From NCBI GenBank assembly GCA_035531495.1, contig DATKSU010000005.1, positions 41,984-105,983 of the forward strand: 64,000 bases of DNA. Direction: 5' to 3'. Below are positions 8,013-17,408 of this stretch, in pieces. The notes below the pieces were generated by a model that was not told the DNA's origin, made no database searches, and worked only from the letters and a program-made list of their open reading frames with translations. This stretch comes from Minisyncoccota bacterium. GTDB lineage: Bacteria; Patescibacteriota; Minisyncoccia; Phycocordibacterales; Phycocordibacteraceae. A program made the position numbers and the translations under genes. The first letter of the stretch is position 1. Every line of letters begins with the position of its first letter.

Positions 8013-9200
8013 TTACAATCCGAAGGATCGCGCGAACGCTTCGGCGGCGGCGCGGCGGCGTGATTGTGATTCTTTTGAGTCGTAGCTGGACTCGAGCTTT
8101 TCGTCGAGAGAAATCAGTGCCCGATCATTGATGAGCGGCTGGCCGGCGAGTATCTTGCGGACGCAGTATGCGACCGCCGCGCCGTTCACCATAGCCGCGA
8201 TGCCGAGTTGCGGCCATGAGACGAGGGTCTTGCCCATCTCTTTTAGGGATTCCTGCATACGGATGGTGACGGTATCGGCGCCCACCCACTTCGTAATCAT
8301 CTTCCCGATGCCGAACTTGTCGAGCCCTTTGAGCGTCTCGTAGGAGACGTCACCCATGCGCCCGTGGAAGAATTCAGGGTGCGGCTTCATGTCATGGCGT
8401 TCGATCTCAATCAGAGCGTTATCGCCGTTATCGGCACCCATGACGATGGGGATGCGTCTCTTCCGCGCCTGTTCGCGGATGAGATACTTGAGCGCGAGAT
8501 TATCGATTTCGTCTACCACTATGTCGAGACCGTCGAAGAATTTCTCGATGTTCCCTTCCGTCAGTCCGTCAGGGAAGAGCTCGAGTTCGGTATAGGGATT
8601 TATCTCGTAGATGGTTCTCGCCGCCATCTCGACCTTCAGCATCCCGAGCCGGTCAGCACCGGCAAGGATGCGGTTCGTATTCGAAAGCGCGAGCCGATCC
8701 ATGTCGGCCAGCTTCATCTTCTTCCCTCCGCCGGACAATGCGATTGCAAACGCGACCGATGAGCCGACAGACAAGCCCGCGATGCCGATGGCGGCGTTAT
8801 AGAACTTCTCCTGCTCCTCTTCCGTGACGAGGTTCCGGTTGCGCGCCGTGCGCACGATGCGGTACTCGTCTTCCGGAAGGATGTGCGCGGCCAGATAGCG
8901 CCAGGGGAGGTATGCCCACCTGCCGTGCTCATGGAGCGGCTTCTCGTCTTGGAGCGATTTATAGTACGCCTGGAACTCTTTCTCAAAATCGGGCGTGTAG
9001 ACCTTCGAGGGATTCTTTATGCCGAAAAGCTCGCGCTGCTCTTCTTCGTAGTCGTCCGATATCTGCTTGATAGCGCCTTCTTTCACGAGCGACTCAAGGC
9101 GGGTGGTATCCTTCTCGCGTGAGAGGTCGAGAATAGTGGGCTTGGATTCGACGGGTTCGCTCGCGAGCTTGTCCAGAACGTTTCCAAGATTTTTCGACAT
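8013..9200 (-). CDS. ThiF/E1-like adenylyltransferase (Rv1355c N-terminal type)
   Basis: WAYLPWR, RTARNRNLVTEEEQ, GIAGLSVG, ADMDRLALSNTNR, DEID, SWPQLG. Confidence 0.88.
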   Translation of the reverse strand: MSKNLGNVLDKLASEPVESKPTILDLSREKDTTRLESLVKEGAIKQISDDYEEEQRELFGIKNPSKVYTPDFEKEFQAYYKSLQDEKPLHEHGRWAYLPWRYLAAHILPEDEYRIVRTARNRNLVTEEEQEKFYNAAIGIAGLSVGSSVAFAIALSGGGKKMKLADMDRLALSNTNRILAGADRLGMLKVEMAARTIYEINPYTELELFPDGLTEGNIEKFFDGLDIVVDEIDNLALKYLIREQARKRRIPIVMGADNGDNALIEIERHDMKPHPEFFHGRMGDVSYETLKGLDKFGIGKMITKWVGADTVTIRMQESLKEMGKTLVSWPQLGIAAMVNGAAVAYCVRKILAGQPLINDRALISLDEKLESSYDSKESQSRRRAAAEAFARSFGL

Positions 9201-9220
9201 ATGAGATGGTTAAAGGCGTA

Positions 9221-10783
9221 TCAATGGCCGTTTATGACCCACTTCTGCTTGATGCCCGGCGGAAAGTATTTCGGATGCTCGTGCGGCCAAAAGACGAGGC
9301 GAGGGATGACCTTCTGGCGTATCGAACCATAGAGATAACGATACTCGTCACTCGAACTTGAAAGGCTTTTTATGATGCTTTCCGTCAGCGCATCTTTGAT
9401 GGATTCGCTATCCTTTACGCCCGCGGCGAGCTCGACGTTGATTTCGAGGTATTCGTTATGCTTCGCGTCGTGCTCAGTCGTCATCGTGAAGCGTCCGGTG
9501 ATGGATTTCTCGATCGCGGGATTCTGCAAGCCGATCTTCACGTGCTCCGGGAAGATGATGGCGCCGTAGAGCTTCGTCGAGAGGTCGGAGCGTTCGTAGA
9601 GATAGACGAACGGCAGCTGTGTGACGGTATCATCGATTCCGGCACGCTTCGCCTCCGCGGCGAGATTGATGCCGACGTCTGTGCACATCTTCACGACGTC
9701 ATCATACGTGAGCACGCCGCCCTGATCGCCGATGTCGTACCGGATGAACGGGAGCGGCGTACCGCCGGTCGCATGAATCTGGCCCTCCTTCCCCGCGTCG
9801 AAGGCGACGAAGTCCGGAATGAACTGCGCCAGGGTCGGCAAGCGGCGCGCCTCGCTGAAAAGCTTCCGGTAGAGCGCGTCATGCCTCAGGGCGAGCCGGC
9901 GCAAGAGTATCGAGAGCGGCGTCTCGGTGGCCATCGAGCCGAGCTCGGCGCTGCCGTAGATGTTCATGATGCTGCGGTAGGGATCCTTCATCCCGGTCTT
10001 CTTCATGAGGTACTCGCGGAAATGCTCGGAGAACGCCTCCGCGGCGCAGACGATGCGCATGTCCCACTGCGCCCATTCGATGCCGTGCTCGGGACCTTCG
10101 TCGATGAGATCCTTCATGAACGGCGGGTAGCCGCAGAGAATGAGTTGTTCGTACGACGGCGCCACGCGCGTGAGCGCCTCGAATATCTCTTTCTTGTTCA
10201 CGCCGGGCGTGATGATGGTGAGCGGCCAGCCGTTCTCCGAGATGCGGCGGAACGCTTCATATGTCAGTGTGCCCCCGATCCACACGCCCATGCCGAAGCC
10301 GATGACGACGAGCGTCGATTTCTTCGGGTCGAGGCCGCTGCGCTCGACGAACAGCCGGTGGTACACCATCGACGCTTCATGCGTATCATCCATGCGCGGG
10401 ATGTAGAACGGCTGTCCGGTCGAGCCGGACGTCGCGGTGAGGACGAGCGGCTTCTCGGCGAGCGCGTGCGCGACGCAGAGCGTATCCCACGGGTGCACGC
10501 GCAGGTAATTCGCCTTCGTTATGGGCGGGATGCGCTCTACGTCCTTGCTGCCGCGGATGGAGCCGGCATCGAAACCGAGCCGTTCGAGGAAGCTGCGGTA
10601 TGCCGGGACGTTCTTAAGCGCATACTTGAAACGGTTCAGGATGGCCGCGCTCGTCGCGCGCGACCAGTCCGCGCTTTCGTTCGTGCGAAGCTTCGTGATG
10701 AAGGCCGGGGAAACCGAAAAAATACGAGGCCGTGCTGGGGTCTTTTTGGTACGCACATAAGCCGATTGCCGGCTCTGTCGCAT
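9221..10783 (-). CDS. phenylacetate-CoA ligase (PaaK)-like adenylate-forming enzyme
   Basis: VPAYR, IPPITKANY, TSGSTGQP P-loop, GYPPF, IYGSAE, PFIRYDIGD. Start reassigned to Met at 10783; the 742-aa track ORF extends into the upstream gene. Confidence 0.85.
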   Translation of the reverse strand: MRQSRQSAYVRTKKTPARPRIFSVSPAFITKLRTNESADWSRATSAAILNRFKYALKNVPAYRSFLERLGFDAGSIRGSKDVERIPPITKANYLRVHPWDTLCVAHALAEKPLVLTATSGSTGQPFYIPRMDDTHEASMVYHRLFVERSGLDPKKSTLVVIGFGMGVWIGGTLTYEAFRRISENGWPLTIITPGVNKKEIFEALTRVAPSYEQLILCGYPPFMKDLIDEGPEHGIEWAQWDMRIVCAAEAFSEHFREYLMKKTGMKDPYRSIMNIYGSAELGSMATETPLSILLRRLALRHDALYRKLFSEARRLPTLAQFIPDFVAFDAGKEGQIHATGGTPLPFIRYDIGDQGGVLTYDDVVKMCTDVGINLAAEAKRAGIDDTVTQLPFVYLYERSDLSTKLYGAIIFPEHVKIGLQNPAIEKSITGRFTMTTEHDAKHNEYLEINVELAAGVKDSESIKDALTESIIKSLSSSSDEYRYLYGSIRQKVIPRLVFWPHEHPKYFPPGIKQKWVINGH

Positions 10784-10845
10784 GGATGCGCGCACGTTAC
10801 CACATAAATTGGCGTGTGTAAACGCCTGTGGGGATAGCGCTCTGA

Positions 10846-12354
10846 CTACGCCAGTCCCGGGAAGTAGTCGGTCTTGATGGAAAGGCGCGGGACGCCGAGC
10901 GTGTGGAGCGCGCGTTTCATGGCGTCCACCATGCCCGGCGGGCCGGAGAGGTAGAAGAGGCGGTTGCGATAATCGGGAATCTCGCGCTTGATGAACGCCG
11001 CGTCGATTGCGCCTGCGTGCGCGCCCGGCATGAGGGTCGTGCTGTCTGTTATGGCGTAGACGGTCCGCAAGCCGCGGGTCGCCGCGCTCGCGAAGACGTC
11101 CTGGTAGGCGACCTCTTCGGCCGTGCGGCTCGAGTAGAGGAGGACGGCATCGCGCGACTCCCCCGCCGCGACCAGGTGCCGCGCCATACTCGCGAAGGGC
11201 GTGACGCCCACCCCGCCCGCGATAAAGGCGAGCTTGTGATTCTTGTCGACCGGCATGGTGAAATCGCCCGAGAGCGATGCGGCCGTGACGACGCCGTCTT
11301 GCGGGATGGCCGCAAGCGCGCGCTTGAAGGCGCTCGGTTTCTCGTAGAAGCGGACGCCGAGCCGGATCTGGCCGTCCTCCGGCGCCGAGGCGATAGTGAA
11401 GTAGCGGCGGTTGCCGCGGCTGTCGAACGGCACATCGCGCAGCGTCCACTCGAGGTATTGCCCCGGACGGAAGGTGAACGGGCGATCGGGCCGGAAGACG
11501 AACTCGTAGATGCCGCGCGCGAGCTTATGGCGCTCCGTGAGCGTGAGCATGTAGCGGCCTTTCGGGCTCACGACGTACGAGAAGAGATTCCCGGCAAGGA
11601 GTGCCGTCTCCGGCGTGAAGTAGAAGGAGCCGACGTGCGCGGCCGGCACGAAGAGCACGCCGACGAGCGCGCCATAGATGATGCGCAGCGTGCGCGACGG
11701 CGGCATCGTGAGGGGTTCGGTGAGCATGACAAAGCCGAGGAAGAAGAACGCCGAGTGGAGGATGGTCTCGTTCAGGCCGGTCACGGGGCTGAGCGACGTG
11801 AACGCGGTGGCGAGGAGCGCGGCGACGCCGAACGCGATGACGAGGTCGTAGCGCCGGAGCTTGTGGACGATGGCGAGCCCGCCGATGACGACGAACGGCA
11901 GCAAAGGCAGGTTCCCCGACACCCACCACGTCGCGTTCACCGCGAAGACGAAGGCCGAGAACGCGACCGCGAACGCCGCCGGGTTGAAGACGTGCTTGTT
12001 CCCGAGCGAGAAGATGTACTTCGACGCGGTGCCGGCGGCGGCGATGAGCGCGTAGAGGATGGTTGCGCCGATGCTGCCGGCCGAGATGGGCGGCAGGATG
12101 AGGACGAGGATGAGCCCCGTGATGAGCGAGGATTCCGCGTTCGTCACCGCGTCGAAGATGTTCGCGAAAATGAGGTTCGTCGCCCACGAGCCCGCGACGA
12201 GCACGATGAGCGTATAGAGGAGCGGGACGGGCGCGTACGGCAGGATGCCGAATACGCCGAAGGCGAGCGCGACGACATAGAGAACGACGAGGTAGTAGAG
12301 CACGAGCCGATACATCGTCGTGCGGTCGATGAGGCGCTTCAGAGCGGTGATCAT
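10846..12354 (-). CDS. RnfD/NqrB-like membrane domain fused to a ferredoxin-NADP+ reductase-like domain
   Basis: SKY..KHVFNPAA and FVMLTEPLTMP (RnfD-like); FRPGQY, RYFTIAS, FIAGGVGVTPF, YLSGPPGMV (FNR-like). Confidence 0.85.
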   Translation of the reverse strand: MITALKRLIDRTTMYRLVLYYLVVLYVVALAFGVFGILPYAPVPLLYTLIVLVAGSWATNLIFANIFDAVTNAESSLITGLILVLILPPISAGSIGATILYALIAAAGTASKYIFSLGNKHVFNPAAFAVAFSAFVFAVNATWWVSGNLPLLPFVVIGGLAIVHKLRRYDLVIAFGVAALLATAFTSLSPVTGLNETILHSAFFFLGFVMLTEPLTMPPSRTLRIIYGALVGVLFVPAAHVGSFYFTPETALLAGNLFSYVVSPKGRYMLTLTERHKLARGIYEFVFRPDRPFTFRPGQYLEWTLRDVPFDSRGNRRYFTIASAPEDGQIRLGVRFYEKPSAFKRALAAIPQDGVVTAASLSGDFTMPVDKNHKLAFIAGGVGVTPFASMARHLVAAGESRDAVLLYSSRTAEEVAYQDVFASAATRGLRTVYAITDSTTLMPGAHAGAIDAAFIKREIPDYRNRLFYLSGPPGMVDAMKRALHTLGVPRLSIKTDYFPGLA

Positions 12355-13094
12355 GGCGTGGTGTAGGTTACGAAACCGCTCGTGAATATCGCCGTACCGG
12401 TATCCGTGATGGCGTACCCCTCGAGCCCCGGCGTGCGCTCGATGAAAGCGATGCCGTCCTTCCCCATCGCGAATGCCGCGGTGGCGTAACGGTCGGCTTC
12501 GAGCACGTCGGGGCCGATGACGGTCAGGCTCACGATATCACGCAGCTCGCGCGACGGATCGTGCGGGTCGTAGATATGCGCTCCGCGCAGATAGGAGCCG
12601 GAGGTCGCAATGCCGGCGCCCTTCGGATAGACGACCTTCACGATCTCGTCAGTCGCGAACGGATTGCGGATGCCGACCTTCCAGGGCTCGCCGTTCGCAT
12701 TCTGTCCGCTCATGGCGATGTCACCGCCGGCGTTCACAAAGAAATGCTGTTGGCCGTTCTCCCGGATGCGCGCGGCCGCGTTCTTGACCGCCCAGCCCTT
12801 CACGATGCCGGACGGGTCGAGTGACCCGTCCGGCCGGCGGATGTCGAAGTAGCCGCCCGTCTCCGCCTTCGTCCGCTCGGCGATGGCGAAGACCTCGCGC
12901 ATCTCGCGGCTCGCGGTCTCGGGCGCGAACTCGCCGCGATTGATGCGTGATATCTCGCTCGTGTCCTTGTACGTACTGAAACGCTCGTCCACCGCTTGGA
13001 GGTACGCGAAGGCGTCCTCAACGGCCGGCTTCGTCCCCTCGCCCACGATCTCAATCTCGACGGGCATGCCCATCACGGGGCGAATCTCGCGCAT
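12351..13094 (-). CDS. apbE: FAD:protein FMN transferase
   Basis: VMG, DERFSTY..SEISRIN, DPSGIVKGWA, NAGGD, ATSGSY..HIYDP, ADRYATA. Confidence 0.9.
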   Translation of the reverse strand: MREIRPVMGMPVEIEIVGEGTKPAVEDAFAYLQAVDERFSTYKDTSEISRINRGEFAPETASREMREVFAIAERTKAETGGYFDIRRPDGSLDPSGIVKGWAVKNAAARIRENGQQHFFVNAGGDIAMSGQNANGEPWKVGIRNPFATDEIVKVVYPKGAGIATSGSYLRGAHIYDPHDPSRELRDIVSLTVIGPDVLEADRYATAAFAMGKDGIAFIERTPGLEGYAITDTGTAIFTSGFVTYTTP

Positions 13095-13097
13095 GGA

Positions 13098-13628
13098 CTA
13101 GCTCTGCGCTTGCTGCAGCGCGGCGGCGAGCGACTGTCGGAACGCGATGCTCGTGTCGGTCGCGCCGGAGATGAGGTCGACGTTCGCGCTCTGCACGGAG
13201 AGCGCCTCCTGCGAGAGCATCGGCATCGCCTGCTGGTTGATATAGACGGAGGTCGAGTGGGTGTTCGGGTACTGGAGGAAGGAGACGTTCGCGAGGGCGC
13301 CGTTCTTGATGGTCGCCTGCACCTCGACCGGGCCGTAGTAGGCGTCCGCGACGGCGCCGGTGTAGGTGCCGTCCTTGTAGCCGCTCTTCGCCGGCGGCGG
13401 CGTCGCAGGCGTAGCGGCCGGATTTGCGGCCGGCGGCGGGTTGCCGGAGTTCGCCGACGACGGCTGCACGGGTGCCGGTGGCGTCGCAGCAGGCGCACCG
13501 CCCCCGGCTGGCGCCGTCACGTTATTTGAAATCTGGATGCCGGACGGCGCCGATGCCCCCGCCGAGCGGGAAAAAACATACAGGGCCGAAGCCCCGACAA
13601 GTACGAGCGCTAGCAACGTCTTTTTCAT
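13098..13628 (-). CDS. exported FMN-binding (flavinylated) protein
   Basis: Signal/TM segment, Pro/Ala linker, YKDGTYTG..YGPVEV and flavinylation motif VDLISGATDTS. Confidence 0.9.
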   Translation of the reverse strand: MKKTLLALVLVGASALYVFSRSAGASAPSGIQISNNVTAPAGGGAPAATPPAPVQPSSANSGNPPPAANPAATPATPPPAKSGYKDGTYTGAVADAYYGPVEVQATIKNGALANVSFLQYPNTHSTSVYINQQAMPMLSQEALSVQSANVDLISGATDTSIAFRQSLAAALQQAQS

Positions 13629-13718
13629 ATACCCATATTACTCTTCATCCGGCCGTTTCGTTTCATCCGATGCCCTACAATAGACGGAGGTACTTCTTAC
13701 CCGCTTACCGAACCCGCA

Positions 13719-14273
13719 ATGGCCTACTACGTCGTCGAAGAATCCCCGTTCTCGCATTTCTTCGTTGCCAGCACGAAAAGCGCCCCGTTCTGGTTCCTCG
13801 TGCGCCTCTACGTCGGCTGGGAGTGGCTCTCTGCCGGCTGGGAGAAGTTCCAGAATCCGGCGTGGTTCGGCTCAAGCGCCGGCGCGGCATTGAACGGCTT
13901 CGTCCAAGGCGCGCTCGGCAAGACGGGCGGCGCGCACCCGGACGTGCAGAGCTGGTACGCGGCCTTCCTCCAGAGCACAGTCCTCCCCCACCTCGTCGTC
14001 TGGTCGAACGCAGTCGCCATCGGCGAGTTCCTCGTCGGCCTTGGGCTCATTTTCGGTGTCTTGACCGGCATCGCCGCGTTCTTCGGCCTTTTCATGAACT
14101 TGAATTATCTCCTCGCCGGAACCGTGAGTCTGAACCCTATCCTCTTCACGCTCTCGGTCGGCCTCGTCCTCGCGTGGCGCGTCGCGGGCTACTATGGCGG
14201 CGACCGCTACGTGCTGCCGCTCCTGCATCGCTCGCTCCGCCCGCGCGGCTTGCCGCGGCTGAAAAAGCTCTAG
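13719..14273 (+). CDS. DoxX/DoxD-family membrane protein
   Basis: RLYVGWEWLSAGWEK, GEFLVGLGLIFG, MNLNYLLAG..NP, G.D. Confidence 0.85.
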   Translation: MAYYVVEESPFSHFFVASTKSAPFWFLVRLYVGWEWLSAGWEKFQNPAWFGSSAGAALNGFVQGALGKTGGAHPDVQSWYAAFLQSTVLPHLVVWSNAVAIGEFLVGLGLIFGVLTGIAAFFGLFMNLNYLLAGTVSLNPILFTLSVGLVLAWRVAGYYGGDRYVLPLLHRSLRPRGLPRLKKL

Positions 14274-14318
14274 CCGCGCCCCGGGCGCGGCTAGGCCGGC
14301 TCGCATGCTTGAAGCGCG

Positions 14319-14579
14319 CTAGCCGAGGTCTTTCTTCTTCTCTTCGAACTCCGCTTTGCCAATCTCGCCCTTCGCGTAGCGCTCCTTTAGGATGTCGAGC
14401 GCCGCCTCGCCGTGCCCGTGCCGGCAGCGCCACATGGACTTCCCGCGCGCGAAGCGCACGAGCGCCACGATGGCGGCGATGAAGACGATGACCCAGAAGA
14501 TGGAGAACAGGATGCCCATGATGCCGAATCCTTCGTATCCGCCCATCATCGGATGCCCGTAATAGCCGTATCCCCACAT
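14319..14579 (-). CDS. SHOCT-domain membrane protein
   Basis: Gly/Met-rich N-terminus, one TM helix, ALDILKERYAKGEI..EFEEKK. Confidence 0.85.
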   Translation of the reverse strand: MWGYGYYGHPMMGGYEGFGIMGILFSIFWVIVFIAAIVALVRFARGKSMWRCRHGHGEAALDILKERYAKGEIGKAEFEEKKKDLG

Positions 14580-14688
14580 AGTCGTGATTCGTTAGGCTGA
14601 TAACCGTACCTGATACTACTACTCCCGAACACCCATGGGAAATGCGCTCGGGATTGGCGCGCACGGCCGCGCCGCGTATGATAGCCGC

Positions 14689-15078
14689 ATGCAATCGTCC
14701 CTCGGCATCACGAAGAAGGTCCCCTACCCGTTCGCGGAAGCGATAGAGAAGGCGAAAACCGCGCTCGCAGAGGAAGGGTTCGGCGTCCTTACGGAAATCG
14801 ACGTCGCGGCGACGCTTAAGTCGAAGCTCGGCGTCGCGCGCGAGCCGTATGTCATCCTCGGTGCCTGCAACCCCGCGCTCGCGAACGAGGCCCTCCAGGC
14901 GGAAAATGAGGTCGGTCTCCTTCTCCCATGCAACGTCGTCGTGTACGAGAACGGCGGGGTCGTGTATGTCTCGGCCGTGAAGCCGAGCGCAATGCTCGGC
15001 GTCATCGAGAACGCGGCGCTCGCCTCGGTCGCACGCCGCGCCGAAGAGAAGCTCGCGTGCGCCGTCGAGAAGCTCTGA
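14689..15078 (+). CDS. DUF302 domain protein
   Basis: GFGVLTEIDV, ILGACNP, GLLLPCNVVV; start chosen from TATGAT 6 nt upstream. Confidence 0.88.
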   Translation: MQSSLGITKKVPYPFAEAIEKAKTALAEEGFGVLTEIDVAATLKSKLGVAREPYVILGACNPALANEALQAENEVGLLLPCNVVVYENGGVVYVSAVKPSAMLGVIENAALASVARRAEEKLACAVEKL

Positions 15079-15084
15079 GCGGCG

Positions 15085-15714
15085 CTAGTCCGGCGTGACC
15101 GGCTCGAGACCTTCCTCTTCGAGCGCCTTCTTCACGCCAGCGCGCGCCTCCATCCGCTTCATAAGGGCGGCGATGTTCGGATAGTCTGCGAGCGCGATGC
15201 CGGCGCGCGGCGACCAGCGCATGATGGTATAGCAGTACGCGTCCGCGATGCTGAAGTCGCGGCCGAGAAGGTAGTCCTTCCCCGCGAGCGACGCGTCCAC
15301 GTACGCGTAGCGCTTCTTCAGCCGGTCGATCGCGGCCGTCTTCTGGCCTTCCAGCAGATTCGGATTGAAGAGCGGTCCGAACCCCTTGTGCAGTTCCGTG
15401 CTGACGAACGTGATCCAGGAGAGCATCTCGTAATACGCTTTTGCGCCGCGCTCGGGCATGAGCTTCTTCCCGGGAGCCTGGTCCGCGAGGTATTGGATAA
15501 TCGCCGGACCCTCGATGAGCACGTCGCCGTCGTCGAGCCGGCAGGCGGGCACATAGCCGCCGCGCGGGTTCACCTCATAAAAATCCTCACCGTCCTCGGT
15601 CGTCCGGCCCTCGGCCGAGAAAGTGACTTTCGATAATTCGACGGGGAGTCCGCCTTCGCAGGCGACGATGTGCGGCGAGAGCGAGCACGCGCCAGGAGAG
15701 TAATAAAGTTTCAT
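15085..15714 (-). CDS. gstA: glutathione S-transferase (beta class, GstA-like)
   Basis: MKLYYSPGACSLSPHI, NP.G.VP, IIQYLAD, STELHKGF, FSIADAY. Confidence 0.88.
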   Translation of the reverse strand: MKLYYSPGACSLSPHIVACEGGLPVELSKVTFSAEGRTTEDGEDFYEVNPRGGYVPACRLDDGDVLIEGPAIIQYLADQAPGKKLMPERGAKAYYEMLSWITFVSTELHKGFGPLFNPNLLEGQKTAAIDRLKKRYAYVDASLAGKDYLLGRDFSIADAYCYTIMRWSPRAGIALADYPNIAALMKRMEARAGVKKALEEEGLEPVTPD

Positions 15715-15807
15715 AGCGTCAGGTTATGTGAACTGGTAACGTAGTACATAGTAGTGACCCGCACGAGCGGCCCGCCTGTGGATAACAGCCCTAACGATTC
15801 ACCCCCT

Positions 15808-16500
15808 ATGAAAATCAAGGATTCCGTCATCATCATCACCGGCGCCTCAGGCGGCATCGGCCTTGCTGCGGCGCGCGAGCTCGCGAAACGCGGCGCGCGA
15901 GTCGTGCTCGCGGCGCGCTCGAGAGACAAGATCGCGGCGCTCGAGAAGGAACTCCCGGGTTCCCTCGCAATCCCGACGGACATGCGCACGCCCGAGGAGG
16001 TCCGCCGCCTCATCGACGAGACGAAGCGGAAATTCTGCCGCATCGACGTCCTCATCAACAACGCCGGCCAGGGGCTGCGCGCCAGCGTCGGCGATATCGA
16101 CATGAACGAGTACCGCAGCATCATGGAGTTGAACGTCTTCGCCGCGCTCGAGGCGATGCAAGCCGTCATCCCGGTCATGCGGGAACAGGGCGGCGGCATG
16201 ATACTTAATATCAGCTCGCTCGTCTCGAAGTACTACTTCCCCTCCCTCGCCGCCTATGCCTCGACCAAGTACGCGCTGAACGCGCTCACGCTCACCGCGC
16301 GCGAGGAGCTCGCGCGCGAGCACATCGTCGTCAGCGCCTTCCACCCGAAGATGACGGCGACCGAGTTCGGCGCGAACGCGCTCGGCACGCCGTACTCCTC
16401 CGCCGCCGGCCGTCCCGGGATGAACGCCGACGCGGCCGAAGAGGTCGCGGCGAAGATCGCCGGCCAGATCGAATCCGAGGAAGCCGAGGTGCAGATGTAA
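15808..16500 (+). CDS. short-chain dehydrogenase/reductase
   Basis: TGASGGIG, NNAG, YASTK catalytic motif. Confidence 0.9.
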   Translation: MKIKDSVIIITGASGGIGLAAARELAKRGARVVLAARSRDKIAALEKELPGSLAIPTDMRTPEEVRRLIDETKRKFCRIDVLINNAGQGLRASVGDIDMNEYRSIMELNVFAALEAMQAVIPVMREQGGGMILNISSLVSKYYFPSLAAYASTKYALNALTLTAREELAREHIVVSAFHPKMTATEFGANALGTPYSSAAGRPGMNADAAEEVAAKIAGQIESEEAEVQM

Positions 16501-16572
16501 TCCCGCCGGCGCGCGTAGTACGGAATGTGCTATAGTCCGCCCGGAATCGATATCACCCTTGGAGAAAACCGC

Positions 16573-17355
16573 ATGCAACCCTATCCGAAGTACGAGTCGA
16601 AAACGAAGATAACCGTGCCCGCTCTCGTCCTCGGCGGGACGGGCGGCCTCGGTCGCGAGATCGTGAGGGCCCTCGTCGCGAGCGGCGTGCGCAAGCTCGC
16701 CTTCACGTACGGACGTAACGAGGCCATGGCGAAGAAACTCGCGGCGGAACTCCGCCGGAAGAGGATCCGCGTGTACTGCGCCCATGCTGACCCGCTCGAT
16801 GAGAAAGGATTCAAACGGTTCCTCGAAGAGGCGGCGGCCGCGATCGGCGGAGAATTCGGCGTCGCGGTAAATACTGTCGGCACGTCGCCGGTCGGCCCGC
16901 TCCGTACCCAAACCATCGCGAAGTGGCGGGAGGTCTATGACGTGAATGTCATCGGTTGCTTCGCTATGGCTCGTGCCATCGCGGAAAGGATGCGGAAGAA
17001 GTCCACCAAGGGCTCCATCGTCCTCATCACCTCGAATGCGGGCACGATCGCTCACTCTGGAACGGGAAATTCCGCTCACTATGATTCTTCCAAAGCCGCG
17101 CAGGCGCAGGTGATGAGAATTTTGGCAGAATATTACGCGCCGGATATCCGCATCAATAGCATCGCGCCAGGATGGATCGAGACGGAGATGAACGCGAATC
17201 TCCCTAAAGCGGACCGGCAGCGGGAAATACGGAAGACCTGGACGAAGCGGTTCGGCGAGCCGGAAGAGATTGCGAGCTGGGTCGCCTTCCTCTTGAGCCC
17301 GGCTGCATCATTCGCGTACGGGCAGAATTTCCACGTCGACGGCGGATACCGCTAG
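16573..17355 (+). CDS. short-chain dehydrogenase/reductase (FabG-like)
   Basis: [29 protein letters not shown]; SD GGAG. Confidence 0.88.
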   Translation: MQPYPKYESKTKITVPALVLGGTGGLGREIVRALVASGVRKLAFTYGRNEAMAKKLAAELRRKRIRVYCAHADPLDEKGFKRFLEEAAAAIGGEFGVAVNTVGTSPVGPLRTQTIAKWREVYDVNVIGCFAMARAIAERMRKKSTKGSIVLITSNAGTIAHSGTGNSAHYDSSKAAQAQVMRILAEYYAPDIRINSIAPGWIETEMNANLPKADRQREIRKTWTKRFGEPEEIASWVAFLLSPAASFAYGQNFHVDGGYR

Positions 17356-17408
17356 CTGCTCTCCGGGTTCTTCCACAGGCCGCGCTTCGCGCGGCTTATT
17401 TTTTCGGC

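Noticed and set aside
8013-9200. MoeB/ThiF for cofactor synthesis or a RiPP (MccB-like) maturase
   Set aside because: No CxxC zinc motifs, no sulfur-carrier gene and no adjacent precursor peptide; motifs and neighbours fit the Rv1355c/OxzB-like class better.
10784-11449. N-terminal extension of the 742-aa ORF, suggesting a fusion
   Set aside because: It overlaps the upstream gene in another frame and has low-complexity Arg-rich composition; the real start is near 10783.
9458-12366. Long plus-strand ORFs (449 aa and 487 aa)
   Set aside because: Antisense shadows of the PaaK-like and RnfD-FNR genes; the same applies to the many Arg/Ala-rich ORFs opposite ligA, pilC, pilB and others.
15777-15785. 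Replication origin suggested by a DnaA box
   Set aside because: Single box, no cluster, no AT-rich unwinding element and no dnaA/dnaN nearby.
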